Positions 33,801 through 48,800 of a DNA stretch of 64,000 nt are shown here, piece after piece; position 1 is the first letter of the stretch, and every line of letters begins with the position of its first letter. The notes under the pieces are model-generated. The model did no database searches and had not been told where the DNA came from. It saw nothing but the letters and a program-made list of their open reading frames with translations. Source of the DNA: Lepidodermella squamata (lineage: Eukaryota > Animalia > Gastrotricha); assembly GCA_047495785.1 (NCBI GenBank), contig JBLDXI010000015.1, positions 2,170,001 to 2,234,000 on the forward strand, given 5' to 3'. The translations under genes and the position numbers were made by a program.

Positions 33801-36800
33801 CAGGTCGTTAACCATCATTCGGGCGAAAAACCAGCCAGGTGCCTTGCCGGAATTATCGTGCCAGATTCTTAAGGTGGATAGTTTGCCGAGCGACCTCGGA
33901 ACGGTCATCAAGAATGCATCCATTGCTCCTCGCTCAAAAACCGGCCGCTCAGTGTCGTCGAAAAGGCGAATCTTAGTCTCATCTTCGTCCCCAGTCAGAA
34001 CAAATGAGACATTAGCCGATGTTCCAGATCCCTTCCTTTGACCGGTCCAAACAGTGATCTCATAGGCATACTTGTCTCGCGGGTCATTGTCAAGCAACGG
34101 CAGGGTTCCCCACTTTCTCTCATCATCCTTATCTTTTTTCCGTGCCCAAATCAGAACAGTGAAGTAGACCGCGAATAGAAATATGCCAAACGCAAAACAT
34201 ATGGGATTTTGGTCCAGCTTTGTGAATGCTGAATCACTTGGGTTGAAAGTGTTAATGGGTATGTCGAAGTTGGAGCCGAAAGAAGTCAAGTGATTGCAAA
34301 AGCATTGTGTCAAACTCGGATTCCCACCGGCAGTTGTCAAGGGACCAACAGAGCAGCCCGAAGTTGACCAATCGTTCTTTTCTGGATCCCAAAAGATGCA
34401 ACTCGCTGTGTATGAGTACAGCCGAATCAACGCAGTCGCCGACTTGTCCAGTAAGCTCGTCAATGTTCGGTTAATTATGATGGTTTCCGTAAGTGATGTT
34501 CCGTACTCTGAAAATTACAATATATTTGAATCTCTTTATCCCATCAAGTGCAAGTACCTTGATAGAGCTGTTTCAGCAAAGTCCGCAGTTCTTTCATGGG
34601 AACAGCCCGAATGCCAGCGAACAAAGTTGCAGAGGAATTCCTGCGAAGAAGGAATGAGGAAACTATAATGAATGAGACGATGACTCACGTAATGTTAATT
34701 AGGCGATTTCCGAAGAAACACATGTTGGATGGCAATGCTTTGTTCTTTTTACAGCTCTTACTAGAACCACCAATCGTGGGAGGTGGTGATGGTGTGACAG
34801 AATCGACAGTGTCCGGATTTTGCGTCGTAGTTTTGAATCTTACGTTAGTCCGCTTCGTAGGAATGGGCTTGGTAGTCGTCGCATTACTAACAGCCACCAC
34901 AGTAGCCGTCTTTTTAGTTGTGGTCGAAGTTGTAGGAGCAGGGGCGCTTTTCGCAATCGCACGCAACTCCTCCTCAATCCTCTGCCGGGGCAGAATGCAT
35001 CCTAAATTCGTTTCGCTCGAGTCCTTCGGGTAGACGCCGTATCGATTCAGGAACACAAAGATAGCCACTTCATCCTGAGTTGGATTAATGTCAACTAGTC
35101 TCATCTTGCGACCTCCAACTTGAAGTGTAACGTTCGAAAATGGATTCTTGCAGCTAGGGTCAATCGTGGCGTTACATCCAGCTTGGGAGGCTAGCTCCGT
35201 CTGCGAAAGATCGTACACTTGTTCGACGTTAATGAAGACAGCTGAATCTTTCGTGGCCACCACTTTGATTGGGCGCATAGCTGGAGCCATTTTTTGATCT
35301 TGAACAGCTGTAATCAAAACTTCTGGCTGTTTGACGTTCTTTGACTCGACCATTACTTCGATATCCCGCTTCAGGTTCTTAACAATGACCTCTGCCCCAT
35401 TTTCATCGACCATCGTCAAAGACTGGACCCAAGAGTTGAGATTTACCGCATTCTGTTGCAGTGAAGCGTAAGTGTTTCCTGAATTCATGGAGGCTTTGAT
35501 GTTGATCTTAATGCTGTTGAACAACTCAGTATTATTTGGGCTTTCTCCCAGGGCAACCAATGAAGGTGTGACTGTGGGACCGAAAGTCTCACCAACATCG
35601 CCCAGTTTGAATGAGCCGCAGTCATCATCTGCTCCGCTTGAAAGCGTTGCTAAGATACATTTGTTAAATACATTTATTTCAAGTATAAAATTTCATTGTT
35701 CATTACCATTATTAAGGTTGCCGATGAAATTGGACGACAGTCTCATTTTACTGGTACTTCCGCCAATAACCGATGGCGTCTCTTGCACGCCTTTCCGCGA
35801 CAAAACCAGAGTCATTATTCTCTGAAAAGCAAAAATATGCGAATAATTGGCTTCACAGAAAAGGTGCAACCTCTTGTAGATCAAGGAATTCGATGATCAT
35901 TTCCGTATTTTCTGGGGATTGCTTTGATTTCTCGACCGTTGAGTCCGGAAATGCAGGAGTTGTCGTTCTAAGCGGATTTTCAGGCGATACGTATTCAGCC
36001 GCAAAATCCATGAGCTCTGAAAACATGCCGAATGCATTTACGCAAGCACTAGAAGCTGCGTCCATATCATTCGGGTCGATCGAATCGTCTGCTGACAGTT
36101 GCTCCAGCACTTTAACAGCTGGCTCGAAAGAGGCAAGTATCGCTTGCTGAAATCCAATCGTAAAACTTGGCAGAAAGCTGATGTCAGTAGAAATACTCAC
36201 TCTGAACGCAATTGAAACAGCCTGTTCGTGAGCGCTTTGCAACAATACCAGGAGCGAGCAGTAGCTTTTTGCTGAGTTCGCGCTCTTGTTTGAAGCTCCA
36301 ACTGTTTTAATCCATTCGGCAATTGAGCGGCGCATCTGAAATAAATCAGTGAAATGACAGCTAACAGCTCTTACATGTACAACTGTACAAACTTCTCGAA
36401 GTGCTGAAATTTCGTATTGGTACCGCTTGAAGTCTTTGTCAATGTATTGCTTTTCGTCGTCGCGAATGTTATCACTCACAGACTGGTTATCTGAAATAAA
36501 AGCAATGAAATGACAACCACAAAAATTCTGCTGGCATCTCCGCACTTATCAACTCCCAATCTCCGGTATATGGCTCCTGAAGATCAAAGCCATTTATAGC
36601 TATTACCATCGGAATCAAGTTGGACACCAGCAGGTCTGGGCCCAGATTAGTTGCGTATCCAGCCATTGCCTGGACTTGTGCCTCAAGTACCGGCAAGTCA
36701 CGAACTGGCGAGATTTTCACACCAGAAAAATCGACATAGGCAACCGCATCCACACTATCATAGCAGTAAGCTCGAATGATCAGGGAATAGTTTTGTGATT

Positions 36801-39800
36801 CCAGCCCAGACGGAAGGACTGTTTGATTTAAGAAAGCTGTAGTTTGAGGCACTGGTGTCAAATAAATTGGGTCGCAAGTCGGACATTGATACGCCACAAA
36901 TGTGAACTTTTTGAGAACCAAGTCTTCTTGATCGCTGAAACCACTGCACCTGATATCGAAATTCGTTGTCAGGGCGTAACCTTCTTTTGGAGAAACGCGA
37001 CAAGATGCCGCGGTAGCATTCGGAGGACTGTCGATATACATCACTGCCATTGATCGACCAACCCTAGTGCCGCCAGACATTTTGGCCTCTGATACAACAA
37101 CAAATGCCCGCCGATATTGCTTCAGCCCGAAGGCGTTAGGGTCGAAAGTTATGTCCGGCCCCGATTTTCCGGTCGATGTCAAAAGGGTCCAATTAGCTAA
37201 TGTTTCAAGCGAAGCTGCGTCTCTATCTTCGTCATAGAAAGATGAAGCAATGAACTCCAGATAGAAGACCTCGGGCGCACCATCGGGAATAGGCATGAAC
37301 AGCCAATTATAGCGGTATATTCTACCGATAATTTTGTTGTCTATGGTTCGCCGGAAAGCCATCCTAGCCGCCGGATTCATCAAACAGCCAACGCGATAAT
37401 TTGTCCCGCAATTCGCGAGAGGAATTACACCACCAGAAGGCGGTTCCCCTTTCTCAAGTCGAACGCTTTGAACAGCATAGCTCATTCTTTTCGTTGATCG
37501 ATCGAAAACAATAGCGAGCATGTTGAAGGTTTCATTTTCAAACATGTATGACGTAGTTAAAGCAACAGTTCCATCTGCTTTTGTGTAGTAAGCAGTTATG
37601 TTGTAGGTCTTCGGCTTGCCGTCTTCATCCTTGAATGTCAACGAACGAATAAAACGCGGCAGGTTTATTGATGGGGCCAGTTCTTTCACAGGATACGGGA
37701 AACTCGGATCGTCCTTCGAATGCCAGCCCTGATAAAAACAACCGGGTAAGTTCTTTCCCATTTTCTCCTCTTCGGCATCCTTTGCGGGACATGCAGCTGG
37801 CTTCCATTGTTGAGGATTATTGACAAAGCTGTCCGCCTGAGCATAAGTCTGAAATTGCGGCCAATTGCCTTCACAGGCCCTCTTGCAGTAGAGATGAACC
37901 TCGAGCGGTGTGCTCAGTTCGTCAGGATCATAACTGTTCTTGCGAGCATTTACCAAATGAATTTGGCCAGACCCGAAAATTCCATCAACATAAGGCGGCA
38001 TAGGGTTGAATTTTGCCACCAAAGGTGTTCGGCGGACCTCTGTCACGAATTGGACTATAGTTGCCATGTCCTCTTGTTCCGGCATGTCAAGAGCGAGAGT
38101 GAAACGGTAAAAGCCAATCACAAGTGTGCGCTTCTCGTAAGACAGCGAAAAATCGCGAATTTGGGATTTACCTTTTACCTCAGTGAACTGGTTGAGTCTG
38201 AGATTTTTTGGTACCATGGCCAGAGTTACGTTGTTCCATGGCCCATCTTCCGATGCTGAGAACTCAACAGTCCAGTTTTGAGTGAGAGTGAGCGTATCAG
38301 TGCAGTTCAGTTTTCCCGTGGCAAAAATATCCAATGGTTGACTTCGGAATACAAATTGTATCTGCGGAACATTAGCTATTGGTTCAGTACATGGCCCATT
38401 TGTGATTTTCACGCGTTTTTTCAACGTATTTGGATGGGTTTCCCAATCAACGTTGTCGACAACATTCCGTATGCTCGCTTGGACTTTGAAGGAGCCCTTC
38501 TTTGTGTAATTAGCGAAAATCGTTACTTTGTTGTTTTTCAGGTCTTCGCTCGATATTTGCTTAAGGGTGGCTAAAAGATTGCGCTCATAGAACATAGTGC
38601 ACGTATACTCGGAGCCAAATAGTGCCTGCTGTCCTCCGATAACACGGTCTGAACCGTAATCGACGAAGACGCAAGCTGGAAAATGAGTTTTTATGTCGAA
38701 AACCTAACTAATATTTTAGGGCACTTACGATCAGTAGCGAGTTGATCCGAGACAATCTCGATTTTGAGCAGATTGTTGCGTATTTCAGGGCTGTATTCGA
38801 CCAGCTCAGGGTTGATAGTCCGATCTTGAACGAAGAATGGAGAATCTGCAGCGACACTATCGAAGGGACTGCTCAAGTTCATGCTAGCTGTCATTCCACA
38901 GCTTTCGAGGTACTGGCCACACCTCGTAACTGTTTTGAACTTATGGGTCGTATTTAGCGCAGTTGGTTCAAAGTCCACGGGACAGTCAGATTGCTGCCCA
39001 TCGCCGAAGACCCAACATACTTGAAACAAGGCACCGGAGGGAGCATTCGAGTAGAGCATGACCTCGGTATTGCTAGGTAAGTAATTCTTAGATTTTCCCA
39101 AGGGCTGATACCAAGGAGATGTATCATTATCGCGGAACTTGAAATACAGAGCGAGGTTTGTTGGTACCATGAAGTAGATCGGCATCAACTTTCGATAAGT
39201 CTTCCGCGAAATCGAATTGGCCATATCGATTTTGATTTGGAAAACATCAGACGAGTAGTAAATATGGCTAAACTGTCTGCATGCCCTGAGAGACCCTTGT
39301 GTAATGGATGCAAGGCTGTCATCGCAATCAAAAATCGGGAAATCAGTAACAGAATCATCGCCGAAGTACAGCTGAGCTCGAATATCGCTTGCTACAGGTT
39401 CGGATGTATTTGACCATATAGTCAATACTACAGGATTCGTCGCGAAGCCACCACTACCAGACGGTATGAGCTGCCCGTACTTTGGCGAGGTGGTCAGGAC
39501 AAATGCAAACTCGGTGATGCCATACTCGACCTTTATTTTTTGATCCAGCGCGACTGGGCCAGCCTTACTGATGCTATTCTCAGCGTACACAAGCGGTTGG
39601 TACATCCCTGGCTTACGGAAATTGACGATAGTGTTAACTGTTGTTTGATTAGAAACATTGATAAAGCCAGTGTCGGTCGCATTATAGACGATTCGGTACC
39701 GCCAAGGTACACCATAGTCAATACTGACGCTAACATTGGTATCGTCTCCAACAGCGAGGTAAACCGGGCCGAGGTTGGTAAACTTCAAGCCCTCGAGAAT

Positions 39801-42800
39801 TTCAGCAAACTCTACAAAGTAAGTTTGTGAAAAATTGTAGATGGTTACGTTGTTGGTGATGGTAAGTACTATCGGGAAGGTACCAGCTTTATTCCACGAC
39901 TTGGTCAAGGTGGTCAAATTAGCATTGAAGTCTCCTGAATTCGGAACGTTCGCTGAAAATGAATCCTCGATAACCGCGCCGTCCCAGAAAAGGACTTGAT
40001 ACTCCGGATGGGCTGGGTATTTCGGGTAGTCGACGGCTGGCCCGTTATAGTTGAGCACGATCATAGCGAGGGCAGCTCCATTCTTAGGCAACGCGTTCGG
40101 ATAAGACACGAATAAGTTGAAATTTTTCGCTGGATTCTCGACGCCAACAGATACTGAGGTCGACTTGCTGCTCACATTATTCGCCATGGTAAAATCGACT
40201 CTGTAAGCACCGATAAGATCCCACGTGTATTGAAGGTCGGAGTACGTGTCATTGGCTGAGAAGTAACTGAAATACTTCGAGGCCGTGGTCGACCCTTTCG
40301 AAGATTGGAAAGTTGCAGTCAACAAACAGCGGCTGCAATTTGAAGCTGATACAATAAATTGAACAGGTTGGTTCCTCAGGGTGCCGTATTCCTTAGTTTG
40401 GTTCGATGTTACAGTCAAACTTGTGATGGGCGTCTCAACGTAAATGTATTGCTCAACAGTAATAGGATCAGAGACAATGTTGGACACTGTGATTGCGACC
40501 ATATGATTGCCCTGAGTGCCATCTGCCCCAACAAGTGTTCCTGGAACCATAAATGAGGTGTTTCTAGCGACGTTATCATAGCTGATCCGCAGAGGAATGT
40601 CATTGAACGACGCATTCATCCAGGCATAGGAACCGTCCGTGTATTTTGCCGCTGACGAGATGTTATGGCCACTTGCGATGACAGAAGGTACACTCAATGA
40701 TAGCCCGGCAACTGGTTTTTGCACTAGTGTTGAGACAGAGCTGTAAACTGATGAGCGCCATTGAATTTGAGCTGAATAGATCCCTTCAGCAAGATAACCG
40801 CTTAGAGGAGCTTGACTGACCCCTAGAATCGGCTGGCAACCAGAAAGCTCAATCTGATAGGTCGGCTGGGTGACCCATGATTTTGGGACGATTCTAATCT
40901 TACGAGCAATCAGATATCGCGGGAAACGAACGGTGGCCAAACCATTGGCGTCATAAACTATCGCGAATGATGACAGCCCGGGAAAACAATCAGTCAAGGG
41001 ATCTGTAAGACCACTGGAGCAATCAAATGCTATTGAAGTCACATAACCACTTGCTCTAGAATAGTTCGATATCGTGAAGCTGTGGAGCGCAAGCATGTAG
41101 GAAAATTCAATCGTCAAATATTCCGATGGAGAAGATGGTTGGAAGCCGCCTCCGTTTCGGCCTAAAATTATATTTTCCGGCTGGTATGATGTGTAATTTC
41201 CAGTAAAAATCGTCTCAGAAGCGAATGTCTCCAAAATATTGCTCCAACAATGGGTAGTACTAGATCCATCGCTAACGAAAACATCAGCACTCCCGTTTGA
41301 CGCCATCAACCCAGCAGATAGTGTGTCAATCACGTCCGAATATAGCGTGCATCGATCTCCACGATATTCAAATGTGTTACAGGGTTTGGGTTCTGAGCTT
41401 GTCAAGCATGCCAAGGCACAATCATCAGGCGTCAACGTTGATGGCTTCTGGCAAATGGTTTGCATCGGTTGCGACGTTGCAGATATCGATGACCACTGAT
41501 CAGTAGTAGCAGTTAGCATTACGCGAGCGTTCTGGCTGTTTGAAGGTTGACTCGGGTTGTAGACTGACCGACCTGCTACATCTTTCAAAGCTTGACCAGT
41601 TTTAACAAACTGTCCGAGAGCGATGGGAGAAAAGGATGATACAAGTTGCCGTAGAACAATCGCTTCGGAAGATGAGCTGATCGATACCGGGAATCCGCCT
41701 AAAAGTTGGCAGTAGGACGATGCCACGTCCGGCTGAGAGAGACCAGTAGTCGGCGCATCGATCTCACTCGATTTGAAACAGGAGCCACCCCATATAGTCC
41801 AGCCTATCGGGCATTTAGCAGCAGGCGTTTGGCAAATGTAAGGTAAGGTTTGAGAGCAGGGCAGAACTTTCAAGCCGCCTTCAGCGAAAATCGCCAAGCA
41901 TCCTGACCCACTGAGATTAGGAATGTAACCAGGCGACCATTCGAAATAGGGCGACTTGTTAATCGGGGGTAATCCCGTTGTTAAATCGCTCGGAAGAGCC
42001 ACTTTCCCATTGGAGATCACGAAACCCGTCCACACACCTACTGCTGGCCCGTTCCACTGCAAGCGAGTGTAAAGCATGGACTTAGCAAGTCTCCATTCCT
42101 CTCGAGTAGACGGGGCTGTTAATGAACCACCAAACGAGCTCAAACAAAGACTAGCTGATTGCTGGTTCGTGGAAGCAACTGTAACATTAGGTTGCGAGTA
42201 GCAAGTACCATTCCGGCGGAGCATGGTCGACAGAGGGCAAGATCCGGCGAAAGTTCTTCCGTAAACAGCATCAGCTGGGTTTTTGGCGCAAATAAACGGC
42301 AACTGAGATGTAGCAGCGGTTACAAGCCAAGAGGCTGAAGCAGAAACTAATTGTGCCCCGCTTATGGCAGGAGCAGCTAAGGGAGTTGAACCCGAGCCGC
42401 CCCAGGCCGCAAACGAGGCTAACTTGCCAGAGCCATCCAGGTGTAGCCAGCTGTTCGAAGATCCACCAGTAGCCAGACCAAACCACGCCCCGTCTATTCC
42501 CGCAAATCTAAAATATATAAAGTTTCAATGAATGACGTGTGATAGAATTGCAACCTAACCGAGTAAGATTTGAGAGAAAATTGTTTATTTCAACGCTAGT
42601 TATCGCAGCCAGAGTGCCGCCAATGGATGAAGTGCAATATTGACTTGCAGCGTCCAAAGGCATTGATGCATTAATCAACCTGTAGCACATTCCGCTGTTC
42701 AACGACCAGTCCATGGGGCATGAAAACGGAATTGCCCCGATTCGATTGAACTTCCGACTAGCAATTCGACTGAAAAATCGTGATGGCTTTGTATCAACTA

Positions 42801-45800
42801 GGTAAGGACGTTCGCAAATCGCCGCGAGTTGGGTGGTGCATGGCGTGTCAACCAACGCCCCTGATGATGCATCTAACGCGAGGCAACTCGATGATCCAGC
42901 TGCAGCAGATCCAAGGCGGTAGATATTACCAGAGGAATCTGCTGAGATTGAGCCATTCCCTCGCCAAGTGGCTACATGGTATCGGACCGAAGCGGCGGTT
43001 TTTGCCAGGTTTGAAAGGACGGCCAATGAAGCGGCGTCTTTCAGTGACGCAAGAGAAGCTCCGTTTAATTTGCACTGTTGAACAGCTGAATCAAAGTTGT
43101 AAGACCAAGTCGCAAAGGCCCGGAAGCAACTGCCCCCATACGCAGTCCAGTTGCCACCATCGTTTCCGCATAGTTTATAGTCTAAAGTAAAAAGATAGAA
43201 AATGATTGGAAAACATTTTTATGTTTATTACTTGACGATGGCATCTGGCAGACGTATGGAAGCTTTTTCGAACACAAATTGGCTTGAAGCTTGATTGATG
43301 GTGCTAGAAGAGACACGCAATCGTTGTTAGCCGTTGATCCGGTGAGGTCGTCAAGCTGCTGAATAGCAGGGTCTTCATTTAGCTCCGTCACCCAAAAGTT
43401 GCCAGAATTTCTCAGACGGGACAGACCAGTCCAGATTTCGGAAACGCCACCGCCGACGTAAGATGAAATGGATTGCCATGTTGCGGCCTTTGAGGGAAAT
43501 GCCAAGGTAGCGCCCAGGGCTGAGCATTGATATTGCGCCTCTCCATACGTCGAGGCCTTCGGCATGTAGAGAAGGCATAGGCCATTTCCGAGCAATGTCC
43601 AGCCAGGCAAGCAGGTGCCTCCCTTCAATATTTCATCACCAGTTCGAATCATGAATGCGGTAACATTCGGATCGTTGTAGTTAATCGTCAAATTCTTCGG
43701 AGCAACTAAAAACAGGCAGTTAATTGGGCATAACAATAAAACAGCGAAACTTGCTATTCGAAGTGGCTGCGGCGTAAGAGTATATAGTGATTGTCTGGTT
43801 CTGACCGGGTATTATCGCAGGCGGATTTTGGAGCTGAAGTTGAACGTTGTTGATCGGATTATAAACCGTGACGGCGAACTTAAAAATGAACTGTTAGGCG
43901 TATTGGACCTTTAAAAAGGAAACATACGTCAAAAGTGAAATCGCCAAGCTCGTTCCAGACTCGAACTTTGCCGCTGTAATCACCTGCATCTGGAAAGAAG
44001 CGAGTTATTGGGTTCGTATTATTGGCCGGGTCCCAATACAGCGCTTGCAGGGGATCGCTGCCCCATGCGATCTCATAATTACAGCCACAATTGAACTTTC
44101 GGGTGAGGTATATTACTACTGGCGTTTGGGCATAAGCGACCCCACTCGGTGGAACGAACGTAGGTTTCTGACAAGGAGCCGTAATTCTGATGATTTGAGT
44201 AATAGCCAACACATTATCAGGGAAAGAGGCGTCCGCTGCTGTGGCGTAGAAGGGCACATTTCCGCAAGTACCTTGCCAATTGATAGCCATAACAAAGTTC
44301 ACGGAATGTACAGCAAAAGCCCGAATCATCGGAATGAAGTTGTGAACCTATCACGCCAGCTGGCAATTCATTGTTCGAAAATACACTATCAACTTACCAT
44401 GGTCTGATTGGGCAGGATAGTGTCTGCTGAAGTGAAACTCGTTTTCGAGCTGTTTACGCTGAACGAGTTAATGTTGCTTTGAACATAATTCAAAACTCCA
44501 TTCTCATTCAAGTTTGAAACCCATCGAATCGCCAAGATGCTTCCCTCAGGAAACTCTGCTACATCAACTGATCGTATGTAGTAAATCTGTGGACCAGTCC
44601 CAGGAAAGTTTATCCCATATTCCGTAACAAATTGATATTGAATAGGAGCCTGTGGGCCTTTGAAGTAATTCTTGGTTGGGGCTATCCAGATCCTTGGGTT
44701 TGATACCGAACAGCATCCATTTCCAAAATTGCAAACTTTATAGCCATTTGGACACGTCAATGCATTGTAAGGAGCTTGCTTTGCGCAGACAGTGGTATTG
44801 CTTATGCAGCTGTAACTTTTCATGCAGAAAACAGTGCCAGAAACAGGGCAAAGGGGGGCCCAGAACTGAACGAATATCTTGCCTCCAACACTCATACTTG
44901 AAAGATTTGTGCAATGGGAGCATATGAATCTTGCAAAATTCTAACTTACTCTGCTTCTATGGCATAAACGCTAGCGTATGATTGCAAGGGGAAATTAGAT
45001 AGAAGGAATATCCTGTTTTTGGCGGTTGTAGTGTTGCTGATCAAGCTAACTGGGCTTCCCGAGCTGTTCGTATATGGCGTAATAAGTCCGTACTCTTTTC
45101 TCTCCGCTGTAAGATACATCAAGTAATGATATCACTATTTTTTTCTGAATAACCTACCAACGAGTTTTGTTTTGTATTGACGCCGCTCTGGTCCGAGTGG
45201 TCCGTAAGTAGTGTTGACCGTCAAGTTAGAACCTCCAACGAATCGCAGGAGGCATTTGACAGTTTGGCCAGCTGGACTGTAATTCGGGCAGCTTGCGAGA
45301 GTAATCGATTTCGTCCTCGTTTCAAGCTGTAGAAACCTCGTAGTAGTCGTCTCACGTCCCTCAGCATCCGTTGCAACCAAGACCAGCTTCTGGCCGCCGA
45401 TAATCCTCGGGGTGTAAATGAATGAGCTTGACTTCTTGATTACCAATGGCTCCCCGTATGGTACAGCCAGTCTTGAAAATCCTACTTTGTAAACATAGAG
45501 GCGATAGATGACCCCCATGCCTGCATCTCGGAACGTGTCGATGAAATACGGCATAAATTGTCCCGCTCGGACGTTGTCAGGCCAACTTTCAGATCCGTTG
45601 ATCAAATCTGCGGATAAGCTGTACTTGAGGCACATGGCAGTCACAAAGCTGGTCGGTATGATTCTGATGTAGCGAGCAACAATGTTAGTTTCAAAATTAT
45701 GCGTGATATCCGAGGATGACGCGGTCAAGATGGGCATAACTACTGAAGTCGGCGTTGCTGAAGTTATTTGTACGGCGCCAGAACTTCCATTTTGAGCTGT

Positions 45801-48800
45801 CGTATTCGACCAAGTGTAAGTTGCCCAATTAACGCCATCCGAGCTATACTGGACCCGATAGGTTCTAACGAAAGAACTGGGGGAGGAGCATCCGGTTAGA
45901 CGGACAGAAGTGAAGGAAACTTGGTAGCCGTAGTCGACTTGAATAAACTCGGTGCCGTTGTTCGCGCCACGTCCACACCAGCATGTACCTGATGCGGTGG
46001 CTTGGGCATCGACTGCGCTAGTCGCGGGTACAGACGACGTGATGTATGCATCAGTGATGGCCCCAGATCCGGTCTTTAGCGCGTACGTCGAAAAATCGGG
46101 ATCGAATTCGCAGACGAATGGCATGGTGCGGTAACAGGGAGCTGTCCTCCATTGATATAGGGACCTAGCGTCGGAGTAAACACATGGCGCCGTGAAATCA
46201 ATGAGCTGTTGGTCAACGTCCATTGCAAAGAAGCTGGCTTGGAAATCTGTAACATTGCTACCATCGTTGTTAGCCCAGGTAGGTCCCACGTCAGTCATCT
46301 TCATACCGATCCAAAATCCGATGTAACTACGAAAAATCGAATAAGAGTGTTTTAATTCTAATATCTTATACTAACTTGACTGTTGTCAAATTTCTTATTA
46401 GCTGCAGCTGAGCGAAATGTTCAACAGTTGCCAGATGGCCATTTTTGCTGTTTGGATAGTTGTTGCAATAAACCTCAGCGTCATCGAAAATTTCGGATTG
46501 AGAAACGTATAGATAACAGCTTTTAAATATAAGCCGAGCATATGGCGGACAAACTGCAATGAAAAATCTGACTAAGATTCTATCATAGCACTTCACCGGA
46601 ATTACCGTCAATAGATGGCGACAAAATCTTGCAGAGGCCCAGAGGTGGACCGAATGGGGACTCTGCAGCGGTGTTATTTGCCGGCCACAACTGCCAATCA
46701 GATCCATCTCCTCTCTTCAGCATGCCCATTGTCCCTGCGGTGAACTTTGTCGTGTTTACAGGGCCATCGAAAAATCCGATCGACGGGAGCCCATCATGCC
46801 TTGGACATGGTGGACCTGTGAAAGATCCGCCAACACAGCCGATCCAGAAACGGGAATTTATCCTTTTACCAGGGAAATGCAAAGATCTGTTGAAAGAGAT
46901 AAAAAACAAAGCTTACCCCATTAGCTCTGGAATTCGATTTTCCGCAGGTCCGTCAGGGTAGAAAAGGGCAGCTTGATTCCCGTTCAGGGAGCAAGATGCA
47001 GCGGTAGAGCTGTAGATATCGGAGCCTAGCAGTTTGAAGCAGAGTTCAAAAAATGGTGGAAATCGCTCCCACCCAGCTGGGCAACCCAGCGGTATGATTC
47101 GCGTAATCAGCAACTGGTTGACTTGCCTCGTCGCTGCCGAATTGTATATCGACATGAACTGTGAATTTATTGCCCCGCCTTCTTCAGCGTTATTCTTCAC
47201 AGTCGAAACAGGACACATGCCAGCTTGATGTGCAGGAGAACTCGGCATTGAGTCCAAGCAACGGCAAAGGTAACCGCGCTGAATTGCGGCGAACCGGGTT
47301 TTGGCGGATGAGCAATATCTCCGACACTTAGTTCCCGACATGGCTTGGCGATCGCCCATAGCCTTCAAAGTGTGAATATTTAGATCCTTGGTTGCGTAGC
47401 AACCAATGTAATCAGGATGGCCGCACCATTTCATAGCTTGTTCAGTTTCGGCAGGATTCAAGCCTCTATCGTAGACCTGAAAGCACTGAATCATGCCGGC
47501 AAAAGGTAATTTGCTTTTCGAGAAGCCCAATGGTATCAAAGGATCGATTGCGACAGTCAGTGAGCCTGCAGTGTACATCCCAGCTGGAAGTGTAACTTCA
47601 GTCCAGGCTAGCGACACAGGTTTTCCGTCATACGAAGCGAACATACTATCGGCCCATACATCGTAATGAAAACCATGAGTGTGCCATTCGAAAGGCCTAG
47701 TTCGTGCCTGATATCGTGAAGAACTCAGCGATAGACGACTTTCAATGGTCCAGGAAGCAACGGAATTGTTGGCGAAGCCGCCGACCAAAGCTCCTATCCA
47801 GTTGGCAGATCGCGAGCCTGTATAACCGTAGTCCATTCCCAACGAGTAATTTGCATGATAAGCTTTGTAAAGAACGGTTATGCTTTTGGTGTAACCTCGC
47901 GTGTCAAGCCGACCTCCCGTGCCGTCAACCTGTAAGGTAGAATCAAAACTATGATACAAAAGAATATATGCCGAAGCTTACAATGAAGTATTGACTATCT
48001 CGACCGTAAAACTGAAAGGCCGAATTTGGTCGACCGTCAGGACCTGGAGCGAAATCAGCATCCATGAAGATAGCATGAGGAATTTTGGCCGAGTTGTCCC
48101 CCTCTGTCATGGCTGACATTGGCCACAGAGATAATGGCTCTCGATGATGTCCTTCAAGCGAATCTCAGTTGGTGAGCGGTGTATATAAAATACACAGAAA
48201 TTACCTGCGATGAGTGCGTCGTAACTCCCTGAAAGCACCTTGTCGCAATCAGCTTGAATATCATCCAAATTAAGAAATACCGAATTTAGTATAACAAGGC
48301 CTGAAAAAGCTTAGGTTTGTTGAGCAGTAATAAATTAATTATGGTAATTGTACATGACATCTGAACGACTGATTCATTGACAGGTGTCGCCATGTCCAGA
48401 CCAAGATACAATCCTCCGAATATGCAGGCATAGTTAGGAGTTACTACTGTGTTCGTTTCGCAAGCAAGATCGCCGTCGAAATAAACTTTGAGGTTCATTG
48501 TATTTGAGCCAACCGACCTCACGACATATGAAACGAAAACCCAGCTATTCGGAGCGCTCCTTCAGGAGAAGAATGGAAGTAATAAACGAATAATAACATA
48601 ATTCAGCTTACGGAATATCACATGAGACCGACACACCTAATTGTGGCTTGAATTGGAATTTTAAAATGAGTTTTGCATTTCAGGCGTAAAGTTCAAGAGC
48701 ATACCGCCCCTGAAACCAAGCGGGAAATTATCGCAACGACTTGATTGGCTCTTTGATACAGGCTAAATATATCAGTCGTTGCCGTTGAAGCGATGAACTT

